Assembly: GCA_050015395.1 (NCBI GenBank)
Contig: JBEKBM010000022.1
Coordinates: 1-52,779 of the forward strand
Direction: 5' to 3'
Origin: Candidatus Bathyarchaeia archaeon
Lineage (GTDB): Archaea > Thermoproteota > Bathyarchaeia > Bathyarchaeales > Bathycorpusculaceae
DNA: 52,779 nt
Positions 8,471 to 17,889 of the stretch are shown one piece after another. Every line of letters begins with the position of its first letter. Position 1 is the first letter of the stretch. The notes below the pieces were generated by a model. The model ran no database searches. It worked only from the letters and a program-made list of their open reading frames with translations, and was not told where the DNA came from. Made by a program: the position numbers and the translations under genes.

Positions 8471-10395
8471 TAAGTGGCTACCTCGCGCACGACTGATTTT
8501 CCTTCTATATTTTGAACCGTAATCACGTTAGCGTCTTGCTGGGCAAAGGTGATTTGGCTTGGAGTGATTACCACGTATTGAGCGTTCGCGTCTTTAATAA
8601 TGGAAAGAAGGATTTTCGCTATCATCTCGCGGTTTTTAGGGTCCATGTGAATGTCATATTCGTCTACTGCTCGGAATGGTGAGCGTACATGCTGCTGCAA
8701 GGCTAAGAGAAAACTCATGGTTGCCGTGGTTCGCTCGCCGCCGCTTTGCGTGTAAGCGTCTAGCGCCACTGGTTTTCCACCTTTGAACCCAACGAGGATG
8801 TCTAACCCAGCGGTTTCAATATCCTGCGGATTCGACAGTTGCACTTCGCCTGTTGCTGAAGTTTGGCTCATGATTTTCTGGTATTCCAAGTTGACGCGGT
8901 CAAGGAGGTTCTGCATGACTGTTCGCCATGTTTGCATTCTGGTTTTGACTTCTTCAAGGGTTTTCTCGCGGTTTTCGGCTACGAGTTGCGCTTTCTCTTT
9001 CAGCTCCAAGTAAAGTTTCGAGTAGGATTCATACTGACGTTCTATGTCCTCTGACACGTCAGCGAGAGCTGCTATATGCCCTTCTGTTAAGCTGATTTCA
9101 TCTTGGATTTCAGAGGCGTTTTTTAGGACTGCTATTCGTTCACCTGACTGCTGAGCCTTAAGAATTGTTGCCTTTAGGTTTTCTTCGGCCTCCTTTAGTG
9201 ACTTTTCAATGTCTTTTAGGTTGACAATTGCGTTTGCACGCTTAAACTCAAGCAGGGCAAGGTTTACTCGTTTCTCTAACACTTCGCCTGTAACCTTGTC
9301 AGCTGACTCTTCCAGATTGAGCATTTTTGCTTGGTTTTCTTTAACTTGCTCGTTTGCCCTGATGATTTGCTGCTGTGAGTTTTTCAGCATTTCTTTGAGG
9401 TTTTCGCTTCTGAGCAGCTTAAGTTGGCTTTTGCTGTTCTGGATTGCTTGCGCCAGCGTTTGTGTTTCTTCAAGCAGTTGTGCAATTAGTGATTGTGTGG
9501 ATTGGTTTTGGGCGATTTGGTGTTCGAGGCTTAATCGTTCATCAAAAGCTGTCCTTGTTTCTTTTTTTAGCGCTTCCTGCTGGTTCTGCTGACTGTTTAG
9601 CTGGTTGGTTATTGCTTGCTTTTCCCCTTCGACTTTGCTTAGCGCGTCTTGGTTTTTGTAGAGGTTTGATTGTAAGCTTTTAACTATGCCTTCCCGTCTT
9701 TCAACTTCTGCCCAAGTTAATTCTCGATCCAAAAATCTGCGTTTAATCTGAAGTTGCTTTTTCTCTTGATATTTTTCGTATTGTTCACGCCAGTAATTGA
9801 GCGTTTGCTGGGCTGACTCTAAAAGTTTGCTTACGGATTCTTCTTGCGTGAGAATTCGCATAAGTTTTGTTTTTGCTTGCAGGACATTTTCGCGGAAAGG
9901 TTCTAAGCCGACTGCTTCTTCAACCATGCGCAGTTTTTCTGTGTTGCTCAGCACGGTGAATTGTTCAACCATGCTCTGATGCATGATGATAAGCATGTTG
10001 TCGGGGTTAACGCCGAACCTGCCGAGTAACCGTTCAACATCTTGCTTGCCGACGGCTCGGTTTTCAAGTTCAAACCCGTATTTGCCATCACGGCGCAAAA
10101 CGCGGGTTAAGAAAAGTTGGTCTTTTTGGTATTTTGGTACTGGGCGCTTGTTTCCTTGTTTGCTGTTATCTAAAATAAGCGTTACCCGCGCCTGGTCTTG
10201 TCCCCACCTGATTAAATCGCTGAGTTTTCTTGAGCGTTCAGTATATGATTGCCCCAAGCCAACAGATATTGCCAGCAGCAGAGAGGATTTTCCTGCCCCG
10301 TTGGGTCCACCAATTACGTTTACGCCTTGTTTAAACGGTACCCTAGCGTACTCGTAACTCATGAAGTTTTCAAGTATGACTTCTTGGATTAGCAT
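8470..10395 (-). CDS. Short SMC-family ATPase, SMC5/6- or coalescin(ClsN)-like
   Basis: LENFMSY, Walker [10 protein letters not shown], long coiled coil, signature QSGGER, Walker B/D-loop PFRAVDEYDIHMD, ITP motif; 641 aa. Confidence 0.88.
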   Translation of the reverse strand: MLIQEVILENFMSYEYARVPFKQGVNVIGGPNGAGKSSLLLAISVGLGQSYTERSRKLSDLIRWGQDQARVTLILDNSKQGNKRPVPKYQKDQLFLTRVLRRDGKYGFELENRAVGKQDVERLLGRFGVNPDNMLIIMHQSMVEQFTVLSNTEKLRMVEEAVGLEPFRENVLQAKTKLMRILTQEESVSKLLESAQQTLNYWREQYEKYQEKKQLQIKRRFLDRELTWAEVERREGIVKSLQSNLYKNQDALSKVEGEKQAITNQLNSQQNQQEALKKETRTAFDERLSLEHQIAQNQSTQSLIAQLLEETQTLAQAIQNSKSQLKLLRSENLKEMLKNSQQQIIRANEQVKENQAKMLNLEESADKVTGEVLEKRVNLALLEFKRANAIVNLKDIEKSLKEAEENLKATILKAQQSGERIAVLKNASEIQDEISLTEGHIAALADVSEDIERQYESYSKLYLELKEKAQLVAENREKTLEEVKTRMQTWRTVMQNLLDRVNLEYQKIMSQTSATGEVQLSNPQDIETAGLDILVGFKGGKPVALDAYTQSGGERTTATMSFLLALQQHVRSPFRAVDEYDIHMDPKNREMIAKILLSIIKDANAQYVVITPSQITFAQQDANVITVQNIEGKSVVREVAT

Positions 10396-11074
10396 TAAAG
10401 TTTCTTTGCCTCTAAATTGAGCGTTCGTATCTAAGGAAAAGCGTCTTATTAAAACAATTTGACATCTTTATGGTGATTGTTCTCGTGAACATGAATGATC
10501 AAATCTTTCTAGTGTTTGCTGTTTTAATAATGCAAACAAAGCCAGCATTATTTGTAAGAGCTTGTACGCCTTGTTTACCTTTTTTTGATGGCAAGAAAAG
10601 GGTTCTGTTACTTCTTCGGTTGTATAACTGTTGCTTTTTGGTTGATAACCTACTATGTACATCCTAAGAGGACATACAAACGAATATGCTGAAGAGAACT
10701 ATTATTTCAGTAATAGCGGTGGAGGAGTTCGACCGCTCAGAGCCACTTTACCCACATATTTGTTCAAGGGGCTGACATTCCCCTTTTTCTCCTAATTTCG
10801 GGTCAAGCGGTTCTGTAACCTTCATCTCAAATTTTCCATCAAGAGTTAACCATAATATTGTAGGAAACTTAACTTAATTTTATGCCTAAATTATTTTTCT
10901 CTTGAGGTTGATTGAGTTTGAGTTATCGAAGGCATTCCAAAGGTTCTTACGGAATTAGAAAACTCCAGCGTTTTTATTTCAAAACTGCGTGATGGTCAGT
11001 TTTGTGGCTTTAAATTAAGCGAAGTCAAAGTAGGAATCTACGAAGACAACGGTCAAGTATCAGACGCATAAATG

Positions 11075-11626
11075 CTAAGCGGTTAACACAGCAACATAAC
11101 ACTTCAGATCTTCATTATCAACAAAAGAAACTATCTTCAAACCAGAGCTTTCAAGAACATCCATGAATGCATTGAGCGAAAAGGCCTTTTTCAACCCAGT
11201 CACGACAACCCTGCCGCCTAGCTTGGTTACCCTTTTGAATTCGTTTAATGTTTCTGGGGGTTTTGGCATGTTTTGAAGCACCGTATACGCGAAAACAGCA
11301 TCAAAAAATGCTTCTCTAAAAGGTAAGTGGTCAGCGTCAGCCTGCAAAACCAAAACATTCTGAAAAGCATGCGCTTGTTCTTTAGCTTTAAGCAAGAGTT
11401 TGCGTGAAATGTCAACGCCCACGAGTACCTTTGCCTTTGCTGCCGCATGGCTGAAAAACAAGCCTGAGCCACATCCAACATCCAAAACAGCGCAGTCTGC
11501 TACGATAACGTTTTCCAATGCTGCCCCGTATTTTACTTCCTGTTCTTGGGCATATCGCTCTTCATACATTTCAGCCGTCAAATCATAACGTTGCATTACC
11601 TTGCGCTTGTCTTTCCAGCCTGTCAC
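11075..11626 (-). CDS. Class I SAM-dependent methyltransferase
   Basis: VLDVGCGSG, GVDIS, ADADHLPF...FDAV motifs. Confidence 0.9.
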   Translation of the reverse strand: MTGWKDKRKVMQRYDLTAEMYEERYAQEQEVKYGAALENVIVADCAVLDVGCGSGLFFSHAAAKAKVLVGVDISRKLLLKAKEQAHAFQNVLVLQADADHLPFREAFFDAVFAYTVLQNMPKPPETLNEFKRVTKLGGRVVVTGLKKAFSLNAFMDVLESSGLKIVSFVDNEDLKCYVAVLTA

Positions 11627-11692
11627 TTCTGTGTTCCTTCAAGAAATCTTATGTACCCAAGGAGTAACTAAAATACTTGGCTGAAAACAAAA

Positions 11693-12481
11693 TTGCAGGA
11701 ACCAAACAAAATCTCTGTCCTTACAGAACCAACACTTGCGGAAGCTGCCAAGCTAATCGAGAAAGCCTTCGCCCAAAGAAGAACCCTCATCATCGCAGGT
11801 ACATGCCAAGTAAACTATGCTGGCAGGGCAAGTTCAACTCTTGAACCTGGCGAACGCATCTTAATAATCAAAGCTGACGGCTCGCTTCTTGTTCACCGCC
11901 CAGTCGGCTATGAACCAGTCAACTGGCAACCTTCAGGAAGCATCTTCCACGTCAAAGCCAGCGAGACCAATCTTGAAGTTCACGCTGTGAGGCAGAAACC
12001 AAGAGAAAACGTCAAAATCACATTTAGCAACTTGCTTATGGTTTCAGCCTTAAACTTGGACGATTCGGGAGAGTTTCTGCTTTACGCAAGCGAAAAAGAC
12101 ATGCACCAGGCGATTCTGCTCAAGCCGTCGCTTTTAGAGGAAGGTTTCAAACCAATCAGTTACGAGAAAAAAGTGGAGCCGGGTTTTGTGGACGTTTACG
12201 GAGTGGATAAGGATGGGAAACTGGTTGTTGTTGAGGTTAAGCGGAAAACGGCTGGAAAAGAAGCTGTGTTGCAGCTTGCACGGTACATGGATGCGATTAA
12301 GGAGAAAGCGAACCGTGAACTCCGCGGAGTGCTCGTAGCGCCCAGCTTGGGCAAGGATGTGCAAAGGTTGCTGGTGACCATGGGCTTGGAGTTTAAGGCG
12401 TTAGACCCTAAAGAATGTGCAGAAGTGCTAAAGAGAGCGGAGAATGCAAAGTTAGAATCCTTCTTTAAAGAAAAAACCTAG
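11693..12481 (+). CDS. nucS: Endonuclease NucS/EndoMS
   Basis: YAGRASSTL, KADGSLLVH, PVNWQ, VDVYG..VVVEVKR, QLARY motifs. Confidence 0.95.
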   Translation: MQEPNKISVLTEPTLAEAAKLIEKAFAQRRTLIIAGTCQVNYAGRASSTLEPGERILIIKADGSLLVHRPVGYEPVNWQPSGSIFHVKASETNLEVHAVRQKPRENVKITFSNLLMVSALNLDDSGEFLLYASEKDMHQAILLKPSLLEEGFKPISYEKKVEPGFVDVYGVDKDGKLVVVEVKRKTAGKEAVLQLARYMDAIKEKANRELRGVLVAPSLGKDVQRLLVTMGLEFKALDPKECAEVLKRAENAKLESFFKEKT

Positions 12482-12651
12482 CGCCTGTTCATGGTTTAAG
12501 GAGGCTTAAATTTCAGTTACGATGGATAATCAAAAGTACTAGCGTGCCTGCCAGACAACAGTGCAGTGCTGGATATGACTATTAGAAGTCAAACAAAAAC
12601 ACAACCAATAGGCATTAGGTAAAAATAATATTTTAGCATTCAAGCCGAAGA

Positions 12652-13197
12652 CTATGCGGTTAAAGCTTCAAGTATTTCAAGTGTTTTATCTTTTTGCGCC
12701 TGTTTTCTGACAGCGATAATATTCAATTTGGTGAAGGCTAAAATTGCCTTAATATCTTCTTTATCTTTACTTGCGCGTTCAGGCGGTAGGGTTGCCTTAA
12801 TCATTCTGAGTTTTGCCGCAATCAAGCCTTCAGGCGACTGGAAAAAAGTTTGTAGGTTACCTATCTTTCCTGATTTTTTGTCTAGTTCGGCTTCCGAGAG
12901 TATAATGTCAACGGTGTACGGTGTTATTTTGTCTTTGAATGTCACTATTTTGTAACCTGAGGTTAATGCCGTCTCGATTTTTCTTTCATTTGCTTCTAAA
13001 TTTGCCTGTTTTAATGCAGCGGTAATCTTTTTTTTCAAGTCTGTTTCGCCAGCAACTGCTATTATTACATCTACGTCAATAGTGGTTCGGGGAACGCCGT
13101 AAAAACTCGCTGCCAACGCACCAGTGAATGCATAATCTAACTTTGCACTTTCAAAAGCATTAACAAGTTTCTTCACAAAACCGTAGTATGCTTCCAA
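12652..13197 (-). CDS. Nucleotidyltransferase (DUF6036/AbiEii-like) putative toxin
   Basis: TGALAASFYGVPRTTIDVD (GA.A...YG.PR.T.D.D) and C-terminal K...KD..D motifs. Confidence 0.75.
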   Translation of the reverse strand: MEAYYGFVKKLVNAFESAKLDYAFTGALAASFYGVPRTTIDVDVIIAVAGETDLKKKITAALKQANLEANERKIETALTSGYKIVTFKDKITPYTVDIILSEAELDKKSGKIGNLQTFFQSPEGLIAAKLRMIKATLPPERASKDKEDIKAILAFTKLNIIAVRKQAQKDKTLEILEALTA

Positions 13198-13209
13198 TCT
13201 AACTTCACC

Positions 13210-13419
13210 TCAACGGTTGTGCTTGGACCATTCGAACCGCTCACGCAATTTCACAATCAACTCTTCCTCGGTAATGCTTGGAAACTGGTTCCTGATACCG
13301 TCAGCACATATTTGGGCGCATCCGTCAGTCATGTCGATGCATAACAGCACTTTTTCTTCAGGTTTGAGGCGCCCTAAACGTTCCCAGTCCTTATCCATAA
13401 ACGATACACACGCATGCAA
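13210..13419 (-). CDS. Small helical protein, putative partner/antitoxin of the nucleotidyltransferase
   Basis: LKPEEKV...GIRNQFPSITEEELIVKL pattern; directly upstream of and co-oriented with the NTase. True start may be the internal Met (MDKDW). Confidence 0.6.
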   Translation of the reverse strand: MHACVSFMDKDWERLGRLKPEEKVLLCIDMTDGCAQICADGIRNQFPSITEEELIVKLRERFEWSKHNR

Positions 13420-13503
13420 GAATTATTGCAGTAGTGCCTAAAATAACCTTACATCACAAGGACGCCCAGCATCAAACGAACCCATCATGTAAAAATGATT
13501 GGA

Positions 13504-14160
13504 TTAAGGCGCTATGTTTTTTGCCCCGTTCCTGTGAGACTTATGAACTAGCCAGCATTTCTGGCAGTACACGGGACGGTCTGCATGGGGTTGAAATGGT
13601 ACTTTGCATTCGCAGCCGCAGTCGCTACAAACTGCGGTGTAAACTGGTTCTTGGTGAAATTGGCTAAACAAATGGTAGTTCTTGAGGCGTGGCCAACCTG
13701 TCTTGGCGTAACGTAGCATTTCAGGTTTGTCTTTTAGCCAGCGCATCATGTGGAAGAAGCTTTTGCCTCTTTTTTCTTCACGTTCAGCTAATGGTTCGTA
13801 GCCTAAGTTGCGGATTTCGTCTAGGTAAGCGATTTCTGTTAACCTCTGCGCTTCGCCGACGACTCTGACGCGTTTAACGCGGTCTTCGCCGTAAACTTTA
13901 CGGAGCTCCTCAGCGGCTACGTCAAAGATGCAGCCTTGGCAAATGTGAATTGCCTCGTCTGGTTTAAGGTTAAACCATGCGACAAGTTTGGAGACGATGC
14001 GTGAGGATTCTTGCAGGTACTCTTTTTCGCGGAAGATTTCTTGGTAGAACCTTACGTCGATCATGTCGTATTTGAATTCGCCTGTTTCTTCTCGGTAAGC
14101 GCCGACTACTACGCCGAAAAGTAAGTCGCCGCTGCCTGCATCGTCAACAATAAGTGTCAA
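13504..14160 (-). CDS. RNase HII-like fold protein fused to a CxxC-x17-CxxC zinc ribbon
   Basis: N-terminal IVDDAGSGDLLFGVVVG resembles RNase HII GxDEAGRG. C-terminal CSDCGCECKVPFQPHADRPVYCQKC. Confidence 0.6.
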   Translation of the reverse strand: MTLIVDDAGSGDLLFGVVVGAYREETGEFKYDMIDVRFYQEIFREKEYLQESSRIVSKLVAWFNLKPDEAIHICQGCIFDVAAEELRKVYGEDRVKRVRVVGEAQRLTEIAYLDEIRNLGYEPLAEREEKRGKSFFHMMRWLKDKPEMLRYAKTGWPRLKNYHLFSQFHQEPVYTAVCSDCGCECKVPFQPHADRPVYCQKCWLVHKSHRNGAKNIAP

Positions 14161-14266
14161 ATTATCTGTGCCCTCACTTCTTTCAACGCAATGCTTAATT
14201 CATGTATAAAAATAGTCCTCCCAAAAAGAAATAGAACTGATGGAGTTTATCTAACTGTTGCTGGTG

Positions 14267-14965
14267 CTAACTGCTGCTTAATACTTCAGCAGGGCTTTGT
14301 AATGTGCTGATAACTCCTTTTTTTCCAAGGCGCAGTTGCTTCTCGCCTCTAAAAACGCATATATGTGAATTCTTTATTTCAATGTTATCTCCGACAGCGA
14401 CTGTGTTTATTTGTCCTTCCCATAGGCAGAGTTTGATTTTTCCTGTTTCGTCTCCAACCAAAGCGTTAACTACCCTGACAGTATTGCCAAATTGCGTGTG
14501 AACCTGCACTGGCTTAGGAATCTCAAGAACCTCAGCCTTAACGTTAACCCTTTTCATACAAGCTCTCAAATCGTGAATCGTAGTGAAAACTGATTCTATA
14601 TTTTGTTTAGCGATTTTTTTGCATATTTTATCAGTTGTCATCCAGCTTTCGAAAGGATTATCCTTTCTCAACAGAAATTGTTCATCAACTCTGAACTGAG
14701 CCACAGCGTTATTGTCTTTTTTTATTAGAAAAATTATTTCATCTTTCACCTTACCACGGTATTCAACTGTAAGGTTGCCGCAGACAGCTTTTTCGTTGTC
14801 TTTTGCTTTAATAAGTGCTTGGAAGACTTCAGAGGGGTAAATGTTGTGTTTTACTGAAAGAAGAGCAATGTGCTCTCCTAAGGTTGATTTTTTCTGTCTC
14901 AAATTTCTTCTCCCATGTGTCATGTCAGAGTTAAGAGAAAAAGCAAAGCACAAATGGTTCCACAC
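14267..14965 (-). CDS. OB-fold (RPA/SSB-like) protein with uncharacterised N-terminal domain
   Basis: C-terminal IHDL..VNVKAEV...VGDETGKIKLCLW...GDNIEIKN...FRGEKQLRLGK. True start is probably downstream of 14965. Confidence 0.8.
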   Translation of the reverse strand: MWNHLCFAFSLNSDMTHGRRNLRQKKSTLGEHIALLSVKHNIYPSEVFQALIKAKDNEKAVCGNLTVEYRGKVKDEIIFLIKKDNNAVAQFRVDEQFLLRKDNPFESWMTTDKICKKIAKQNIESVFTTIHDLRACMKRVNVKAEVLEIPKPVQVHTQFGNTVRVVNALVGDETGKIKLCLWEGQINTVAVGDNIEIKNSHICVFRGEKQLRLGKKGVISTLQSPAEVLSSS

Positions 14966-15262
14966 TTTCTCTCAATATTTTGAATGCCTACAATATAACG
15001 AAGCGTACCTATATTAGCTTGAATGTACAAAAAAGCCATTTTTCCTGAATTTTTGAGGAAATTTCAAACCTTAAGTTATCATAATGAAAAAACGTTCAAA
15101 ATACTCTTCTCTATTTATCTTCTGTAGTTTAAAAAAATAATTTAATGTTTAATCTAAAAATAATAAGCATTTAAGCATTCAATTTATAAGCATGGAAAAC
15201 ACGTTAAAGGTGTGCAAGAAGCAATTTTTGCACAGCAAATGTAGTAGGAGTTGAAATAGCGA

Positions 15263-15403
15263 ATGTATAATAACAGAGAAATGCACAAGGCAACCTGCGC
15301 TGACTGCGGAAAAGAATGTGACGTTCCTTTCAAGCCAGACGGCTCAAGGCCAGTTTATTGCCGTGAGTGCTACGCAAAACGAAGACCACCACGAAGATAT
15401 TAA
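15263..15403 (+). CDS. Small CxxC-x17-CxxC zinc-ribbon protein (46 aa; not in ORF track)
   Basis: Manual translation MYNNREMHKATCADCGKECDVPFKPDGSRPVYCRECYAKRRPPRRY*; aggag upstream and a T-rich tract downstream. Confidence 0.9.
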   Translation: MYNNREMHKATCADCGKECDVPFKPDGSRPVYCRECYAKRRPPRRY

Positions 15404-15420
15404 GCTCATCAGCTGAACAT

Positions 15421-15470
15421 CTTTTATTTCGTCTTTATTATTTTCTTTTTATTTTTTATCATTTTATGTT
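15421..15470 (+). terminator. Oligo-T archaeal terminator-like tract
   Basis: Several T runs directly after the 15263-15403 gene. Confidence 0.5.
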
Positions 15471-15518
15471 GCTGGAAACCACAATTGTTATAATTCACGT
15501 GTCAAATAATAACGCTAA

Positions 15519-16316
15519 ATGTTAAGGGAGTTAACTGAAGTGAAACAGTTCCTCATTACACCATCGGCAGGAAAACGCTTAATCGCCAAAGCATTAGCAA
15601 ATCACCCGACAATTTTAAGTGCCCTTAAAAATGGCACGCTTGTAATTGTAGCTGGAACAACAAACGGCTACATCGCGGAAGAAATACTAAAAACCCAAAA
15701 AATTTCAAACGATTTCTCTAGAAAACACTTTTTCCGCGGAATAATTCTACCTCCGAACAAAACCCTAACTGTAGAAGGGCGAATAGCTGACGAAAGCAGA
15801 TTTCCCGGAGACGTAGTGATAACCAAAGGTGCCTGGCAAAAAGGCAAAACAATATCCGACGTGGTTGACTCTCTCAAAGAAGGCGACGTTATCTTAAAAG
15901 GCGCAAATGCTTTGGATTTAGAGCATAAACAAGCAGCTATCCTGATTGGTCACCCGAAAGCTGGAACCATAGGTTTAGCATTGCCCGCCGTTCTGGGGCG
16001 CCGGGTAAAACTGATAATACCGGTAGGCTTGGAAAAGCGCATAAACGGCGATTTGTACGCTTTAGCCGAAAAACTAAATGAGCCCGGTGCAGGTGGCTAT
16101 CGCTTGTTACCTGTTCCAGGACAAGTGTTTACTGAGTTGGATGCGGTGAACTTTTTGACTGGAGCCAATGCTGAATTGTTTTCCGCTGGCGGCGTCTGTG
16201 GCGCAGAAGGGTCATGCTGGCTGGCTGTTACTGGCACAAAAGAGCAAGAGGATGCTGCCGAAAAAATCTTTGCCTCTGTGGCTTATGAACAACCATTTAA
16301 TCTCGATAACCTCTAG
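15519..16316 (+). CDS. Conserved hypothetical alpha/beta protein (possibly CoA-transferase-like fold)
   Basis: 265-aa ORF with [33 protein letters not shown]. Function not recognised. Confidence 0.7.
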   Translation: MLRELTEVKQFLITPSAGKRLIAKALANHPTILSALKNGTLVIVAGTTNGYIAEEILKTQKISNDFSRKHFFRGIILPPNKTLTVEGRIADESRFPGDVVITKGAWQKGKTISDVVDSLKEGDVILKGANALDLEHKQAAILIGHPKAGTIGLALPAVLGRRVKLIIPVGLEKRINGDLYALAEKLNEPGAGGYRLLPVPGQVFTELDAVNFLTGANAELFSAGGVCGAEGSCWLAVTGTKEQEDAAEKIFASVAYEQPFNLDNL

Positions 16317-16567
16317 GACCGCAACTGGAATCTAACGCTTCTTTTAGCCGCGCATGCTTCCTCTTTTTGTTGTTGGATTTTGCCACAAATAGCAGGGTAT
16401 CCTATCGGGTAAAGCTAAAAGTGTGTGCGCTACAGCCTACCCTCGGAGGTCAAAAATATATACGGTTTTCATATACGTTTGTATATACGCTCCAACATGA
16501 ATCAACATCGATGTGCAACGAATGAATACGCGCACTTTGCATGCAGAATACGTTGATTTTGATTGTC

Positions 16568-16661
16568 TCCAGAGGTTAAATCTTGAAAAAACTTGTCTTT
16601 CAATTTCTTGTCCAGGGGCAAGCCTGACTCGTAAATGTAGACTTCTTCGACTTGGGCGCCC
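16568..16661 (-). pseudogene. hemD internal fragment (duplicate A)
   Basis: Near-identical to 22901-22994 of the intact hemD. Confidence 0.9.
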
Positions 16662-16663
16662 GG

Positions 16664-16719
16664 ATGGGAAACCCTTTCCCGTAGGGGTTCGCAGGTTCCA
16701 GCTCCTGCCCGCAGCACCA
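16664..16719 (+). repeat. tRNA-Leu-like 3' half, copy 1 (T-loop mutated)
   Basis: atgggaaaccctttcccgtaggggttcgcaggttccagctcctgcccgcagcacca: long variable arm, T-stem, acceptor strand and CCA. Confidence 0.8.
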
Positions 16720-16763
16720 ATCCATCCTTGCCTTTTGCCTAATAGATGGCTAGAATGTTCCTC

Positions 16764-17097
16764 TTAGCGCTCCCAGTACCGTGCTAACGCTGTTAAGGCT
16801 TCTTCAAACAAGTAGTCTTGGGGCATCACATCAACATTTATGCCCATTTCCCTCAGAGCTTCAGCAGTTGTAGGTCCAATAGCAACAGTTGTAACTTTAC
16901 TATTTATTAGGGCCCGTAGCGTTTCCATGGAGGCTTTTTCGCTAAGCATTTTGAAAATATTCTTGGCGCTTAATCCGCTGCCGAAAACGATTGCGTCAAT
17001 TTTTCCAGAGGTTAAATCTTGAAAAAACTTGTCTTTCAATTTCTTGTCCACGGGCAAGCCTGACTCGTAAACGTAGACTTCTTCGACTTGGGCGCCC
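16764..17097 (-). pseudogene. hemD 3' fragment (duplicate B, ~110 codons)
   Basis: Translation almost identical to the C-terminus of 22661..23488 (K/N swaps at two positions, several synonymous changes). N-terminal part absent. Confidence 0.92.
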
Positions 17098-17099
17098 GA

Positions 17100-17134
17100 A
17101 TGGGAAATCCTTTCTCCTATGGGTTCGCAGGTTC
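17100..17134 (+). repeat. tRNA-Leu-like 3' half, copy 2 (truncated in T-loop)
   Basis: atgggaaatcctttctcctatgggttcgcaggttc, then diverges. Confidence 0.7.
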
Positions 17135-17238
17135 TATCAAAAAAAGTGAGTCTAGCTGCATAGTTTGAGGATTTTTCTAAATAGATAAAAGTTGATACGG
17201 CAAACTGAATTAAACTTGCACAATTCTTAAGTATTTAG

Positions 17239-17278
17239 ATGTATAAAATAATGAGCGGAATGTATAAAAAAATGAGCG
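17239..17278. promoter_or_regulatory. 19-bp direct repeat, putative operator of the MNT-HEPN module
   Basis: atgtataaaataatgagcg and atgtataaaaaaatgagcg; 21-bp period, one mismatch. Confidence 0.5.
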
Positions 17279-17346
17279 ATAATCGCAGCATTATTAATGG
17301 TAAAAAGCGTCTAAAGACCTATGCATATAGCAACATTAACGATGAT

Positions 17347-17889
17347 GTGTCTGAAAAGTTGCATTTTCTGACGCCGAAGGTTTTGGCTGTACTGGAGTTT
17401 TTCTTATTCGACCCGTTGAATGAATATTATGAAAGAGAAGTAGCGGGAAAAACTAATGTGAGCAGGGGTTCTGCGCACAAGATACTAGTAATGCTGGCGA
17501 ATGTAGACTTTTTGACAAGGAAAGAGAGAGGCAGAATGCTAATGTACAGACTTAACATGAAAGAACCCACTGTAAAACAGCTAAAAATCGCTATCAACAC
17601 CTTCGCCCTGAAGAAGTTGGTGGATGACCTAAAAAGTTATTCCAGAAGGGTTATCCTTTTCGGTAGTTGCTCTCAAGGTACAGACACAAAAGAAAGCGAT
17701 GTTGACTTACTGATTGTCGCGATGGAGAAGGAGCCTATAGGAAAATTACTCAGTGACGTCAATAGAAAGAACGAAAGGAAAATAGCTCCCATAGTGGTTG
17801 ACATGAACGAGTTCATTCGCCTAAAAAAGGAAGACAAGCCCTTATATGAAAACATAGAAAGAGGCATAATACTGTGGGAACAAGAGTAA
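17347..17889 (+). CDS. wHTH-MNT nucleotidyltransferase antitoxin
   Basis: N-terminal wHTH (YEREVAGKTNVSRGSAHKIL) and MNT motif LFGSCSQGTDTKESDVDL. GTG at 17347 preferred over the ORF-track start at 17239. Confidence 0.88.
   Translation: MSEKLHFLTPKVLAVLEFFLFDPLNEYYEREVAGKTNVSRGSAHKILVMLANVDFLTRKERGRMLMYRLNMKEPTVKQLKIAINTFALKKLVDDLKSYSRRVILFGSCSQGTDTKESDVDLLIVAMEKEPIGKLLSDVNRKNERKIAPIVVDMNEFIRLKKEDKPLYENIERGIILWEQE

Noticed and set aside
7026-10395. Wadjet/MksBEFG call
   Set aside because: No JetD/MksG Toprim nuclease is adjacent, the ATPase is much shorter than JetC, and gene order and head motifs fit the SMC5/6/ClsN-like class better.
10468-11074. Short ORFs and ORF fragments between the SMC gene and the methyltransferase
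   Set aside because: No recognisable motifs and overlapping on opposite strands; possibly decayed genes but not supportable.
16502-16767. ORFs 16502..16720, 16513..16767 and 18334..18555
   Set aside because: They are chimeric read-throughs of tRNA fragments and hemD duplicates or flanking DNA, not genes.
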